Part shown: positions 11,770 through 24,236 of the stretch, one piece after another
How positions within the stretch are numbered: the first letter of the stretch is position 1
Layout: the number at the start of each line of letters is the position of its first letter
Position numbers and translations under genes: made by a program
The notes under the pieces: model-generated
The model's database searches: none
What the model was told of the DNA's origin: nothing
The model's input: only the letters and a program-made list of their open reading frames with translations
Assembly (NCBI RefSeq): GCF_001194135.2
Contig: NC_068993.1
Location: 46,858,269-46,905,128, forward strand
Length of the DNA stretch: 46,860 bases
Reading direction: 5' to 3'
From: Octopus bimaculoides
Lineage: Eukaryota

Positions 11770-12413
11770 TGCAATAAATTTTGCATTGGATTAGGTAAAG
11801 ACGCTGCAAAAACTTATGAAATGGACTAAACTGCTTATGGATTAACTTGTATGAGTCGAGCACCTATTTTTCACTGGCACAAGAGACAAAGAAAAGCCCA
11901 CCGGGAAGCTCATGATACTCCTCTTTTTCGACAGTAAGGACATCATGTAAGGACATCCATTGGGTTGTCTCTGACCAAACGGTCAACAAAGAGTACTTTG
12001 TGGAAGTTTGCATGGAGTTCAGGGAGATATATTGTTGCAAAAAGCCAGAGCGTCTGCACCAGGACAATGCATCAGTCCGCAATTCCATCCTGATATCCAA
12101 CTACTTGACAAAATTTAGCATAAAAACCGTCCCTCGCCCTCCCTACAGTCCAAACATTGCTCTCTGTGAGTTCTCTGTTGTTCCCTAGGCTGAAGGAGAA
12201 CCTCGGCGGCAGTCATTTCGAAAACCATGAGAAAATGGAGGAGAATGCGACAAAGGTGCTGGACACTTCAAGCCTTTACGAAGTGGCCAGAGAGCTACAC
12301 ATTGTGCATTGAAGGCAGAGGATACTACTTGGAAGGAGATTAGACTTTTATGCTTCTGTGAAATTAATAAATGTCTCATGAAAAAGTCTCAAAAACCTCC
12401 GGAATGCGCCTTC
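11770..12413 (+). mobile_element. Decayed, internally deleted mariner (DD34D-type) transposon including the 3' end
   Basis: AINFCI.LGKDAAKTYEM; KLMILLFFDSK; QTVNKEYFVEV; LHQDNASVRNSIL; PRPPYSPNIALCEF; C-terminal CI...G.YLEG; ends ...gcgccttc followed by TA. Confidence 0.88.
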
Positions 12414-12755
12414 TATCTATCTATCTATCGATCTATCTATCGATCGATCGTTCTGTCTGTCTGTCTGTCTGTCAAACATTCAACACATACTGTTCTTAAT
12501 CACTATACAATTAGAAGACTTGCAAACCTTTAGTATATAGGGGGCTATTTATATTTATAAGACATATTTACTGTTATTTCACTATGAAACTAGGAAACTA
12601 GTGTGATAAACTTCACGTACTTAGTACTACTAAACTTACTGCAATTGAAAGTTTGCCAAGTTATTGCCAGAGCTAATTTAACTTTTGTGTCAGTGATATT
12701 GTTAAAAAAAAAAAAAGAAAAACGAAAAATGAAATTAATAAAAAAGATCAATAAA

Positions 12756-13160
12756 TAGGCACAGATATGGATGTGTGGTTATGATGTTTGCTTTGTAACC
12801 AAGGTTTCAGTTTCATTGCCGCTGTGCGTGTCTTCTACTATAGCCCAAATCTGTCCAATGCCCTATGAGTGGCTTAGATTGGCAGAAACTGTGCGGAAGT
12901 CCATCGTATGTGTGTGTGTGCATATGATTGTACCTCTGTTGTTTAACAGCTATTGTTGGTTTGTTTACATCCCTATAAACTATCGGTTGGGTCAAGAAAG
13001 AAAAAAACAAACAAACAAAAAACAAACAAACGAAGAAATGACTGATAGAACAAGTACCAGGCTTAAAAATAAGTACTGGAATCGATTTGTTCGACTATTA
13101 TTCGAGGTGGTACCCCCAGCATGGCCGCAAGCCAATGACTGAAACAACTTAAAAGATAAA
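12756..13160 (+). mobile_element. SINE family A, full-length but diverged
   Basis: gtcttctactatagccc...gatagaacaagtaccaggctt...ccagcatggccgcaagccaatgactgaaac. Confidence 0.85.
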
Positions 13161-13311
13161 TAGTAGTACAGAAATAAAAGTCTACAACTAAAATCTCAAT
13201 CCAGTGATAAAAATAATTACCATAAAAAGACTCGTCTTCATTTAATGACCTCAGTCGAAGCAGACCTCACAAGTCCTCCCAAGAAATCACAATCCTGCAT
13301 AACCGGTTAAA

Positions 13312-13432
13312 AATTTTGTCACAAGGCCAGTAATTTCGGATGAGGTGGTAAATGGATTACATCGACCCCAGTAATTGACTGGTACTTGATTTATCATCCC
13401 CGAAAGGATGAAAGGCAAAACCGACCTCGACA
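13312..13432 (-). mobile_element. SINE family C, 3' half only
   Basis: gattacatcgaccccagt...cgaaaggatgaaaggcaaaaccgacctcg. Confidence 0.85.
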
Positions 13433-13522
13433 GTTCTGCATTATTACAATGATATCTTACTTTTCATATTCTGAATATATAGCAATCATATATGTGAACT
13501 TGTAATTTCTCTTCCACAAGAA

Positions 13523-14016
13523 GAGTAGTTCTCAACTGGGGTCCATATAACCTTTGAAGGCCTATATAAGATTTTGTGGTTAAAATTTACGCGCAACAAA
13601 TTAGTTATAAAGGCTGGCCCAAAAGAAGGTTTACAGTTATTCAACTATCTCTTTCGCAGTCATATATTAACAATTTAGATCTTAATTATAAAAGAATATG
13701 AAACCATTATTCTATGCTAATTTAGTGAATTTTGTCAAGGTCCCTTTTCAGTTTGTAAGATAGAAATTTAAGTGCAATAAAATGTTTTAAAAGAAATTTA
13801 AAGTGCCTACGTGATAGCTGTAAACCTACTTTTGGGCCACCGTGTATTTCTACAATGCACAGAATATCTTAACAATTCTTTTAATGCAGTTCCTAATGAT
13901 ATTTAATTATAAACTTATAAGAGGATTTTTTTTAGCATCAAATGGTTATGAGAGATCCCCTAAAGTGAAAGAGGAATCAAAGAGGGCCATAGGTAAAAAA
14001 TGGTTGAGAAACGCAG
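13523..14016. mobile_element. hAT-like MITE hosting a nested insertion
   Basis: Ends gagtagttctcaac and gttgagaaacgcag share an 8-bp inverted core (TTCTCAAC), resembling Charlie-type CAGTGGTTCTCAAC termini; no clear TSD. Confidence 0.5.
13610..13844. mobile_element. Tc1/mariner-type MITE with TA target duplication
   Basis: TIR core tggcccaaaagaaggtttacagttat versus reverse complement tggcccaaaagtaggtttacagctat (24/26); TA at 13608-13609 and 13845-13846. Confidence 0.85.
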
Positions 14017-14304
14017 TACTAGAGGTTTTCAAATGACAAGTTACGACATTCGTTCATATTTTGTTTTGAAACTCTACCAAGCAAGTTGTTCTCTTCATTG
14101 CCTCACTGTTTGTGAGGTGTAAAATCACAGAGAAGAGAATATTAAAGGACATATAGTATCAGAGGCACGGATAAAAATTGCTCAAACTGAGTCAATAATC
14201 TGAAGTCAAGAGCAGGTATATAGGATCTGTAGAAAAAGAGTGGCTATAGGCAATGCAGTAATCGAACTCATGTAGGTACAATAAAATGAAATATTAGTTA
14301 CAGA

Positions 14305-14513
14305 TTTTTTGGCACAAGACCAGCAATTTCGGGGGAGGGGTTAAGGTCGATTACATCTAGCCCAGTGCTCAACAGGCACTTATTTTATCGACCGTGAAAG
14401 GATGAAAGACAAAGTCGACCTCGGCGGAATTTGAACTCAGAACGTAAAGACGGACGAAATACCGCTAAACATTTTCCCCGGCATGTTAACGATTCTGCTA
14501 GCTCATCGCCTTA
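14305..14513 (-). mobile_element. SINE family C, full-length
   Basis: gaaaggatgaaagacaaagtcgacctcggcggaatttgaactcagaacgtaaagacggacgaaataccgct. Confidence 0.92.
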
Positions 14514-15510
14514 TAAGCCTTATTATAAGGCTCATCGTCTTATAATGTCATTTATAATATATACAACAAAGCGTTTCAATCGGCGTGCTAACGATTTTTG
14601 GCAGCGCGCCTTAAAGTGAGGGACGTTTGTGTAGTTAGGGACTTCAGTTACAAAATTCTGTATAAATTGAATTCATAAGGGTAGATTCTACACGATAGGT
14701 TGGCTTGAAAATGTCCAAGTCAAATATTTCCCAAATCATTTTTCTCTAAACGACCCCTAGTGATTGAAGCTTCGCTGAGATTCGAACTCTGAGCATAACT
14801 AAATACTGCGAAGCGAACAACAACGACATTATACGCATTCTGCTTTTCAAGCATCGTTCAACAAGCAATTTTACATTATTCAGCATACAGAAGTATAAAG
14901 ATTCGAATATGTATATTTCGTGTTGTTGTTTTTTCAGATATACACATACATGCATATATATTTACAAATATATATACAAATGTATATTTACATGAATATA
15001 TATATATATATATANNNNNNNNNNNNNNNNNNNNNNNNNNNNNNNNNNNNNNNNNNNNNNNNNNNNNNNNNNNNNNNNNNNNNNNNNNNNNNNNNNNNNN
15101 NNNNNNNNNNNNNNNNNNNNNNNNNNNNNNNNNNNNNNNNNNNNNNNNNNNNNNNNNNNNNNNNNNNNNNNNNNNNNNNNNNNNNNNNNNNNNNNNNNNN
15201 NNNNNNNNNNNNNNNNNNNNNNNNNNNNNNNNNNNNNNNNNNNNNNNNNNNNNNNNNNNNNNNNNNNNNNNNNNNNNNNNNNNNNNNNNNNNNNNNNNNN
15301 NNNNNNNNNNNNNNNNNNNNNNNNNNNNNNNNNNNNNNNNNNNNNNNNNNNNNNNNNNNNNNNNNNNNNNNNNNNNNNNNNNNNNNNNNNNNNNNNNNNN
15401 NNNNNNNNNNNNNNNNNNNNNNNNNNNNNNNNNNNNNNNNNNNNNNNNNNNNNNNNNNNNNNNNNNNNNNNNNNNNNNNNNNNNNNNNNNNNNNNNNNNN
15501 NNNNNNNNNN

Positions 15511-15580
<70 letters not shown>

Positions 15581-15856
15581 GTGTGTGTGGGTCTAGTTAA
15601 ACATACTTTTGTATATTTTTATACCGTAAATGTATCTTAGTTTCAAAAATACATTTCTACAATGATGCATAAGTGTACAGAGAGAAACAACATTTATTTC
15701 CATATTAGGTATATACACATATACTTGTGTATACATAGACAGACACACACATATACACATATCTATATATAAGGTATTAAAACCAATAGACATAGCTGTA
15801 ATTTCCTGTCTCATTCATTATCTATGTATCTGTCTGTCTATCCTTATATACATACA

Positions 15857-15895
<39 letters not shown>

Positions 15896-15986
15896 TCACA
15901 TATCTATATGTTTATATTTATGAGAGTGTCTATATATGTATATATGTGTGTATTTATATGTATATGTGTTTATATATATATGTGTT

Positions 15987-16017
<31 letters not shown>

Positions 16018-16489
16018 ANNNNNNNNNNNNNNNNNNNNNNNNNNNNNNNNNNNNNNNNNNNNNNNNNNNNNNNNNNNNNNNNNNNNNNNNNNNNNNNNNN
16101 NNNNNNNNNNNNNNNNNNNNNNNNNNNNNNNNNNNNNNNNNNNNNNNNNNNNNNNNNNNNNNNNNNNNNNNNNNNNNNNNNNNNNNNNNNNNNNNNNNNN
16201 NNNNNNNNNNNNNNNNNNNNNNNNNNNNNNNNNNNNNNNNNNNNNNNNNNNNNNNNNNNNNNNNNNNNNNNNNNNNNNNNNNNNNNNNNNNNNNNNNNNN
16301 NNNNNNNNNNNNNNNNNNNNNNNNNNNNNNNNNNNNNNNNNNNNNNNNNNNNNNNNNNNNNNNNNNNNNNNNNNNNNNNNNNNNNNNNNNNNNNNNNNNN
16401 NNNTGAATTCTTATTCCGATGAATGTAATTCCTTTCGGAGTAAAGAAAGAAATGTTGATAAGATAAATGAGAGAAAAAAAGCGCATATT

Positions 16490-16531
<42 letters not shown>

Positions 16532-16591
16532 TATTAACGTAGATACATACATGCGTATAGACAAGTACACAGCACACCCACACACAGAAAT

Positions 16592-16686
<95 letters not shown>

Positions 16687-16769
16687 NNNNNNNNNNNNNN
16701 NNNNNNNNNNNNNNNNNNNNNNNNNNNNNNNNNNNNNNNNNNNNNNNNNNNNNNNNNNNNNNNNNNNNN

Positions 16770-16823
<54 letters not shown>

Positions 16824-17264
16824 GGAATGAGATATAGAGTAATGTTTATATTCTCCAATTTCATATATATATATATATGTACATAAAAATGTATACAGAT
16901 ACACTCACTATTATGTCTACACTCACTCGTATATAATATCTGCACACATATATACATACATACATACATACATACATACATACATAATGTCTGTATGGAT
17001 AATACGTGTGTGTTTGAGTGTGTGTGTGTATGCAGACACCTATGTATGTTTACATACATATGTGTCCATATATCTTTAAGAAAACAAATTATCGGGTAAT
17101 TTTCTATTTTGCCTTACCAACGTTATCTCAACAAATTATCTGTTCAGCCGAACATGTATCCAAACATACAACAGCAGTTCTTGTTGTTGTATACTGTGAT
17201 CATCATCATCTCTGAGTGACTCTCCCTCTTTTCCAGCAACTAAACAATTTTCTATACATACTTC

Positions 17265-17310
<46 letters not shown>

Positions 17311-17379
17311 GTACCTATCTAATATTTCTTTTTTTACGTTATTCATATTTTATATTCTTGTATCGCTTTCTATCATTCA

Positions 17380-17418
17380 GTCTGTCTGAAGAAGGACTTA
17401 ATTCGAAACGTCAAGGAC
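17380..17418 (+). ncRNA. Minimal type-I hammerhead ribozyme motif with intact core
   Basis: gtctgt CTGAAGA A GGA cttaa TTC GAAA C GTC aaggac: stem I pairs at 5 of 6 positions, stem II has 3 bp, GUC cleavage triplet, ACGT palindrome. Confidence 0.75.
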
Positions 17419-18758
17419 CGTTTTATTTCCTGGGCGGAAATCTAATAAATATGCTTTGTTTTTGCCTTGTCCTTTTGTCATTGCATGGGGTCTGTTTTGC
17501 ACATGCACATACTCGTCACTACATACACGTGTTATGTACATACATTCATACACGCACGCGCGCGTGCACACACATTGTGATTGTTTGTTCCTAATTTTTT
17601 ATGACGATCGATACTCCATTTGTATCTTATACCTTCTGTGTAACGAAGCAACGAAAGTCTCCGGGTTTCATTTTAGTACGCATGTGTGATGATACTCCAA
17701 CTATTGCACCTTAAGATCGGCTGTCTGCTTCTGGATGGAATAAAAATCCTTATATGCGCTGAAATTGAATAATATCGGCGAAGGACTGCGCTGGGCGACC
17801 AGCCTCACTCTCTTGTCTCTGTTATTCCGTACAGTAGTATACCGGGTCGAGACAATTGTAGGTATGCCAGAGATGCAGACGGTTGATCAGGAAAATATGC
17901 GTGTCTCATCGCGCTCGGTACTCCATGTCCCATATCGATGTCGTTAGATATTAGTTTTTCTGCCTGCTGAAACTTGACAACTGATGATTGAGTTTTCTCT
18001 GCAGAGTCTACTAGAAACTTAATCTACACATGCGTAGGATGACAAACCTTTGGAAGGCACCTAGACCAGGAGAAGGACAACTTCGGGCATGAACTCTCAC
18101 TGCCCGTGAATGCCTGCAAGTTAACGAAGCCTAAAGGAATCAAGGCCAAAAGTAAATCGGGTTGAAAGGAAACTCAAATCCCAAGAACTTGGTTGTAGTG
18201 TTGAAGGAAAACTAGTCGTAACGAATGGCAGTAGTGTGCGATTACATGTAATGTATCTATGTTGCAAGTATTTGGAACAGGCGGAATATAATTATTTCCT
18301 TTCTTTACTTCCAGTCTAGGGGGGCCTGAAACGGATCATGGTCCGTGCCCTTTCTTTTCTGACTGAGTCATTTAAAAATTCAATATTCTGTATTATCTTC
18401 ATCATTTGTTTAAGTTATTTCTTTCTTTTAAAAATATATAAAGCATAATATTCTCCAAAAAATTAAAAATAATAGTCTTTATTCGTGCAATGGCATATCT
18501 AACATTCTCGAATGCACGAATATATTTTATTCAACGTTACTTCGTGCGACATTGTTTACTTGATATTTTTCTTTATTCATTTTTGTTAATCATTTATCGA
18601 GTACCTTATTTTTTTCTTTTATATCCTGTCTGTAATCCAAAGGGTTCCGAATAAAGAATAATATTTGAAGAAGTTGAACTTTTTAGATGGACATAAATTG
18701 AATGTTGCTTCCTTCGTATTTGCTTTATTAGCTCCTTTAAAGATTCTTCTTTTCTTCA

Positions 18759-19352
18759 TTTTTTTTTATTCGCTATCTGACAACCAATATGCTGATATGG
18801 GGTGCCGCTGGACGAACTGGTGATAATATTATTTCACGCTTTCCAGCCCACGACGTTGGCCTTAGCATGCTCGTGGTCTAGGCGTTACGACTTTAGGCCT
18901 TCCTCATTTTATTTCGCCCATGTCTTCTTTGGTGTGCAGCACTGTATTATCCAGTGCGTGGGTTGATGACGCCCTAAAGTTGGTATGGTAGCCATCCGAT
19001 GCTCATCTTGAAGACGTGGCTGAATCACTGTGGCCCGCTCTGCCGGACTTGATCTTCAATGGTTAGCTGCTGTTGGCATTGTTCTCGGATGTTGTGGCTC
19101 GAGATTCAGTCGGGTAGAGAGACACCAAAGAGCTGACGAAGACACGGCATTTGAAACACTGCGCGCTTGTTAAGGTCTTGTTTGAGGATGGACCAGGTTT
19201 CAGTGCTGTAGAAGAGGACAGGCAGAAACAGCGTGCAGCAAAAGCAGATCTTGGTTTTTACAGAGATGCTGGGCTTCTTCCAGACACACCACCGAATAAA
19301 AAATTATTCTAACCATCATGTTTCGTATACTCATTCTGTCGTTAGCGTGCCA

Positions 19353-19355
<3 letters not shown>
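18759..19355 (-). mobile_element. RTE-clade LINE 3' fragment (post-RT C-terminus and A-rich end)
   Basis: WKKPSISVKTKICFCCTLFLPVLFYSTETWSILKQDLNKRAVFQMPCLRQLFGVSLPD*ISSHNIRE...Q*FSHVFKMSIGWLPYQL, matching the RTE motifs LLYG.ETW, RCLR.I and W.GHV.RM...RLP; A-run at the 3' end. Confidence 0.88.
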
Positions 19356-19392
<37 letters not shown>

Positions 19393-20642
19393 TCTCCCCC
19401 TCTCTCTCTCTCTCTCACACACACACACGGATTGTTGTTGTGCTTTTTAAGTGTTGTTCGAAGTTGTGAAAATGTTTGCAGTCTAGGGTGTTGATTGTGT
19501 CGAATAAGCGCTCTGTGTTTCATATGTGATATCAAGTTAGATTTTATAACACTAAGAGTAATGACTTAGAACATCACTACAATATTTGTGTCAATGCTTT
19601 GGTAGGTGATTATGTTGAATATATGTGCTGTGTAGATTGTGTTATGTTATGTCTGTTGCGTTTTATTGAATTGAAAGTTTCTAATAAAGAATATCTGTTC
19701 TGCCTGCTAGGGCTAATTTTATGGTGATGGGATGAGCGGTGGTGCTGTATGTTGACAGTAAGCTGTGTCTAGTATGTTTTTTTTTATACCTGTGTCCATG
19801 CAGTCTTTTTATTATATCATGTGCTCTAATTATTAGTGAAACTGTTTTTACTTTCATACTAAAAAGTATATTTTTTATAACTTGTCGACATCTTTCAGCT
19901 GATATTTTGGCCAAAAGGCACCAATATATCTAACAGACTGCATAAGCTTATGTTTATGTCTTTGATTAAGATTCTGTGAGATATATATATATTTTTTATT
20001 ATTATTATCCAAGTTAGGCTGGACAGTTTCAGAAATATCAAAGGTACTAATGTCTGTTGGAAACCCGAAATAAACTATACTGGTTGATGTAAAAATAGAA
20101 TTTACACAGAATATAGCATTTATGTATTTAAAAAAAATATTCATATATATATACATACATATATATGCATATACATGAGCATACCCCCACATACACGTAT
20201 ATTCATACCTATACATGCGTATACACACTTATATATGTATATATGCGATATAACCAGAATGAAGCTTGGAAAATCATTGGCCAAATGAGTACTCAATACA
20301 TGTGTTGGGTAGAATGGATATGTATATTAGCAGCAAAAGGCACTGTGGTAAGCGCACTCTTAACTCCAATATCTGGTCCTTGGATGTATTGAGTGGGTTA
20401 CACTCTCACAATAATTAGAACCACGTTTTGTGATCTGAGGATGATTTCTCCTGTCAGTCTCGGTCTGTTGTGTGCTGGTGATGGTGGTCTTGTGTGTTAG
20501 TAGCAGTGTTATGCGATGTTGTTGTGGTGATATGGTAATGACAGCTTGACGATTGTGAGGCGACATTCAGTTGTGATATTGTGTGTGTGAGGCTGTTGTG
20601 TAGGCTATGTGGTCGTTTTAAATGAAGCTACATTATGCTGAT

Positions 20643-20829
20643 AGGCAAAAGGCTTAGCAGCATTTCGTCCGTCTTCACGTTCTGAGCCCAAATCCTGCAG
20701 AGGTCGACTTTGCCTTTCACTCTCTCGGGATGGATAAAATAAGTACCAGTTGAGCACTGGAGTCAATGTAATCGACTATCCCCCTCCCATCAAAATTTCA
20801 GGCCTTGTGCCTATACTAGAAAGGCTTAC

Positions 20830-20830
<1 letters not shown>
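20643..20830 (+). mobile_element. SINE family C, 5'-truncated copy 1 of a head-to-tail trimer
   Basis: gcatttcgtccgtcttcacgttctgag...gtaccagttgagcactgg, followed by (ATT)n. Confidence 0.9.
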
Positions 20831-20866
<36 letters not shown>

Positions 20867-20869
<3 letters not shown>

Positions 20870-21062
20870 GCTGCGAGCTTGCAGAGTCGTTAGCACACTG
20901 GACGGAATGCTTAGCGGTATTTCGCCCGTCGCTACGTTCTGAGTTCAAATTCTGCCGAGGTGGTCTTTGCCTTTCATCCTTTCGGGGTCGATAAATTAAG
21001 TACCAGTGAAACACTGGGGTCGATGTAATCGACTTAATCCCCTCCCCCAAGCCGCCCTCGTG
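20867..21062 (+). mobile_element. SINE family C, copy 2 of the trimer
   Basis: gttctgagttcaaattctgccgagg...gcctttcatcctttcggggtcgataaattaagtaccag; (ATT)n follows at 21069-21122. Confidence 0.92.
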
Positions 21063-21068
21063 GCAAAA

Positions 21069-21109
<41 letters not shown>

Positions 21110-21123
21110 CATTATTACTATTC

Positions 21124-21340
21124 AAGGTGGCGAGATGGCAGAGTCGTTAGCACGCCGGGTAAAATGCTTAGCGGCATTTCGTCCGTCTTCAAGTTCTGAG
21201 TCCAAATTCTACAGAGGTCGCCTTTGCATTTTACTCTTTCGAGATCGATAAAATAAGCACCAGTTGAGCACTGTGGTCGATGTAATCGACTAGCCACCTC
21301 CCGAAGAATTTAAGGCCTTGTGTCTATTATAGAAAGGATT
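21124..21340 (+). mobile_element. SINE family C, copy 3 of the trimer
   Basis: aaggtggcgagatggcagagtcgttagcacgccggg...tagaaaggatt. Confidence 0.92.
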
Positions 21341-21404
21341 GTGTAATAATGTTGTATGATGTAATAGTGTTGTGCTATGTTACGGTGCAGTATGATAATA
21401 TTAT

Positions 21405-21628
21405 ACTCTCTTTTACTCTCTTTTACTCTTTTACTTGTTTCAGTCATTTGACTGCGACCATGCTCGAGCACCGCCTTTAGTCAAGAAAATCGACCCCAGG
21501 ACATATTCTTTGTAAGCCTAGTACTTATTCTATCGTCTCTTTTTGCCGAGCTGCTAAGTTACGGGGACGTAAACACACCAGCATCGGTTGTGAAGCGATG
21601 GTGGTGGTGGAGGACAAATACAGACACA

Positions 21629-21664
<36 letters not shown>

Positions 21665-22092
21665 NNNNNNNNNNNNNNNNNNNNNNNNNNNNNNNNNNNN
21701 NNNNNNNNNNNNNNNNNNNNNNNNNNNNNNNNNNNNNNNNNNNNNNNNNGTGGGTCTGAACCCGGATCCTTGTGGTTGGTAAGCAAGCTACTTCATTTCA
21801 TTTCAATTTGCCATAAAGGCAGTACACAGAGAGTAGCTACGGGCTGGACAAAAACATTAATGAAATGAAATGGATGATAAATATGATGGTATAATGAGAG
21901 AAGGCAAAAGCCGCCCGCCGAACTTTGCTTCTCTATAAGACTGTTCTTTATAAAATTAAATTTTCACATTGAGGCTATGAACCTCGTACATAAAAAGTCA
22001 TAAATTAAGGCATTTGCCTCTTACGATTTTTCATTACACAATATGAGGCACTCGTCCTCTTAGGTTTACCACACAGCCACTCCTGCGCCTAT
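21405..22092 (-). mobile_element. SINE family A, split by an insertion in its tRNA head
   Basis: (TTTTACTC)n tail and body to 21793; the head resumes as accacacagccactcctgcgcct at 22068. Confidence 0.9.
21794..22065. mobile_element. Unclassified ~270-bp insertion inside the SINE
   Basis: Interrupts gctactt|accacacag; contains a perfect 12-bp inverted repeat at 21794-21805 / 21861-21872. Confidence 0.65.
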
Positions 22093-22439
22093 AGTGATAA
22101 TTTATTGATTGTTGGTGGTGGTATTGGTTGCATGGTGTCATGGTGATGTGATAATGTAATAGTGATAGTGTGGTAGATATTGTATGGCGTTAATACAATG
22201 TTTTGGTGAAAGCATTGTGGTGAATGCGATAAATACTTTATGAGAGGATTGTTTCTGAAAACGTATTAATCAGATGAATACAAGTAACAGTGTATACAGC
22301 ACCAACACACAACGACCACAGTCAAACATTACTACTGTTACCTTCACCATTGCCTTGCTAATCCAAAATACACCACTTATTCAAATACACCACTACCACT
22401 TAAAATAACATTGCCATCATCACCACTAACAGTAAAATA

Positions 22440-22690
22440 AAGATGACTGTAATAATACTGTTGCTGATGTTCATGACTATGATGACGACGACGACGACGA
22501 TGATGATGATGGTGAGGAGGAGAATGGTATACATGATAATGATAATGGTGATAGTGCCGGTGGTGTCGACAGCAGTAATGGTGGAAATGATGATGACGAT
22601 GATGATGGTAATGATGATAATGTTGATGGTGATGATAATGATGGAAAAATGTGCTAATGATGTTGATGTGGATGATGATGATCGTAGTCT
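22440..22690. repeat. (GAT)n/(GAC)n trinucleotide low-complexity tract
   Basis: Read directly. Confidence 0.95.
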
Positions 22691-22794
22691 GTGAACTTGA
22701 AGGAGTTTTTTTTGATAAGTTAAAATGATTAACAATTGGTTAGCAGTTTTGTTTCAGGCGATCTGGCATAAATAAATAAATATCTGCTGGATAG

Positions 22795-23400
22795 AAATGA
22801 TTGCGAGGAGGAGGCGGAGGAGGAGAAGAAGAAGGAAGAAGCAGGGGAGGTGGAGAAGATGAGGGAAGAGATGAGAAAGAAGGAGGAGGAGGAGGCGTGG
22901 AAGAAAGAGGAAAAGAAAAAGGAGTAAAAAGAGAAGAGAAGTGAAAGAGGAGAAGGAAGGGCAAGAAGGAGGAAGAGAATGAGAAAAAGAAGAAAAAGAA
23001 AAGGAAGAGAAGGAATAGGTGTAAGAGAAGTGAAGATAGCGAAAGACAAGCTGAAAGGAAGAAAGTAATGAAGCACGAAGTGAAAGAAAAAACGAAGAAG
23101 TAAAACGAAAGTTAAATGTGGAAAGAAAGGAATGAGGAAATAACTAGAAGGAAAACAAAAAGCAAGAAAGAAAGGAAGAAATAGAGGAACAGTTAATAGA
23201 AAGGAAGAGAGGAACGGTTAAAAGAAAAAAGAAAGGATAGAATAAAGAAGAAAATAGTGGTAATAGAGAGTGGAGAATGAAACTTGTAAATTAATACTAA
23301 AATAAATAGTAAAAGAATGACAGAATGGCTGAATGAAGGCAAGAATGAGTTGAAGGAGAATGAGATATTCCTAAAATATGGCAAAAGATTTGAAAGCAAA
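22795..23400. repeat. Polypurine (GAA/GAG/GAAA) low-complexity tract
   Basis: Strongly A/G-biased + strand. Confidence 0.92.
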
Positions 23401-23599
23401 GAATATATTTAGCATTGGAGATAAAATTGAAAACAATAACAACAAAATTAGCAGGATTAATAAAATACTAAAAAAAAAAAAATAATAGTAACAGTTATGA
23501 TGGCGATGGTGATGACATCTTTATTGCAAATAATATTAAAATAAACATAATAGATTTAGCATTTTAGCAAGAACAACGAAAAAATTACATGCCCAAAAC

Positions 23600-24075
23600 A
23601 CCAAGTATGACTATTAATACTAATAATAGTTGCTTTAGTAATTACAATAGAAATAATAATAAAGATAACAATAATGGTAATAATGATAATAATAGTGATG
23701 ATGATAATAATTGTTTCTTTAACAATATTAATGATAATCGTGCTATTAAAATGATGATAATATTTAGATGAAGTAAAAAAACCGAAATGGCTAATTATTT
23801 CAGTTAGAATTATGTATTATATCTTGTGGGATTTTTATTAAACATCTTTCTCTAGGAATTCATTAATATGCACACAAATTTAAATAATAATAATGATAAT
23901 AATAATGATAATAATAATAATAATAGTCTTTATTTAATAATATAACAACAACAACAACAATAATGATTTCTTTTATTTGCCACTAGGGCGAAGGATGAAA
24001 ATAATAATATTAATAATGATGATAATGATGATGATGATGACGATGATAATGATAATAATAATAATAATGACGACG
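23600..24075. repeat. (AAT)n/(GAT)n/(AAC)n low-complexity tract
   Basis: Read directly. Confidence 0.9.
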
Positions 24076-24193
24076 CGTTGATTTTTAATTGATTCGGAAA
24101 GAATATGCGTGTTTATGAATGAATGAAGAAAAAACGAAAAGTAAAATACAAGCTTTCTGTTTGTGCATGTTTATGTATATATATACATATATA

Positions 24194-24236
<43 letters not shown>

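Noticed and set aside
18480-18522. 10-bp inverted repeat tattcgtgca / tgcacgaata
   Set aside because: Short, with no TSD, Helitron CTRR end or second copy; plausible by chance.
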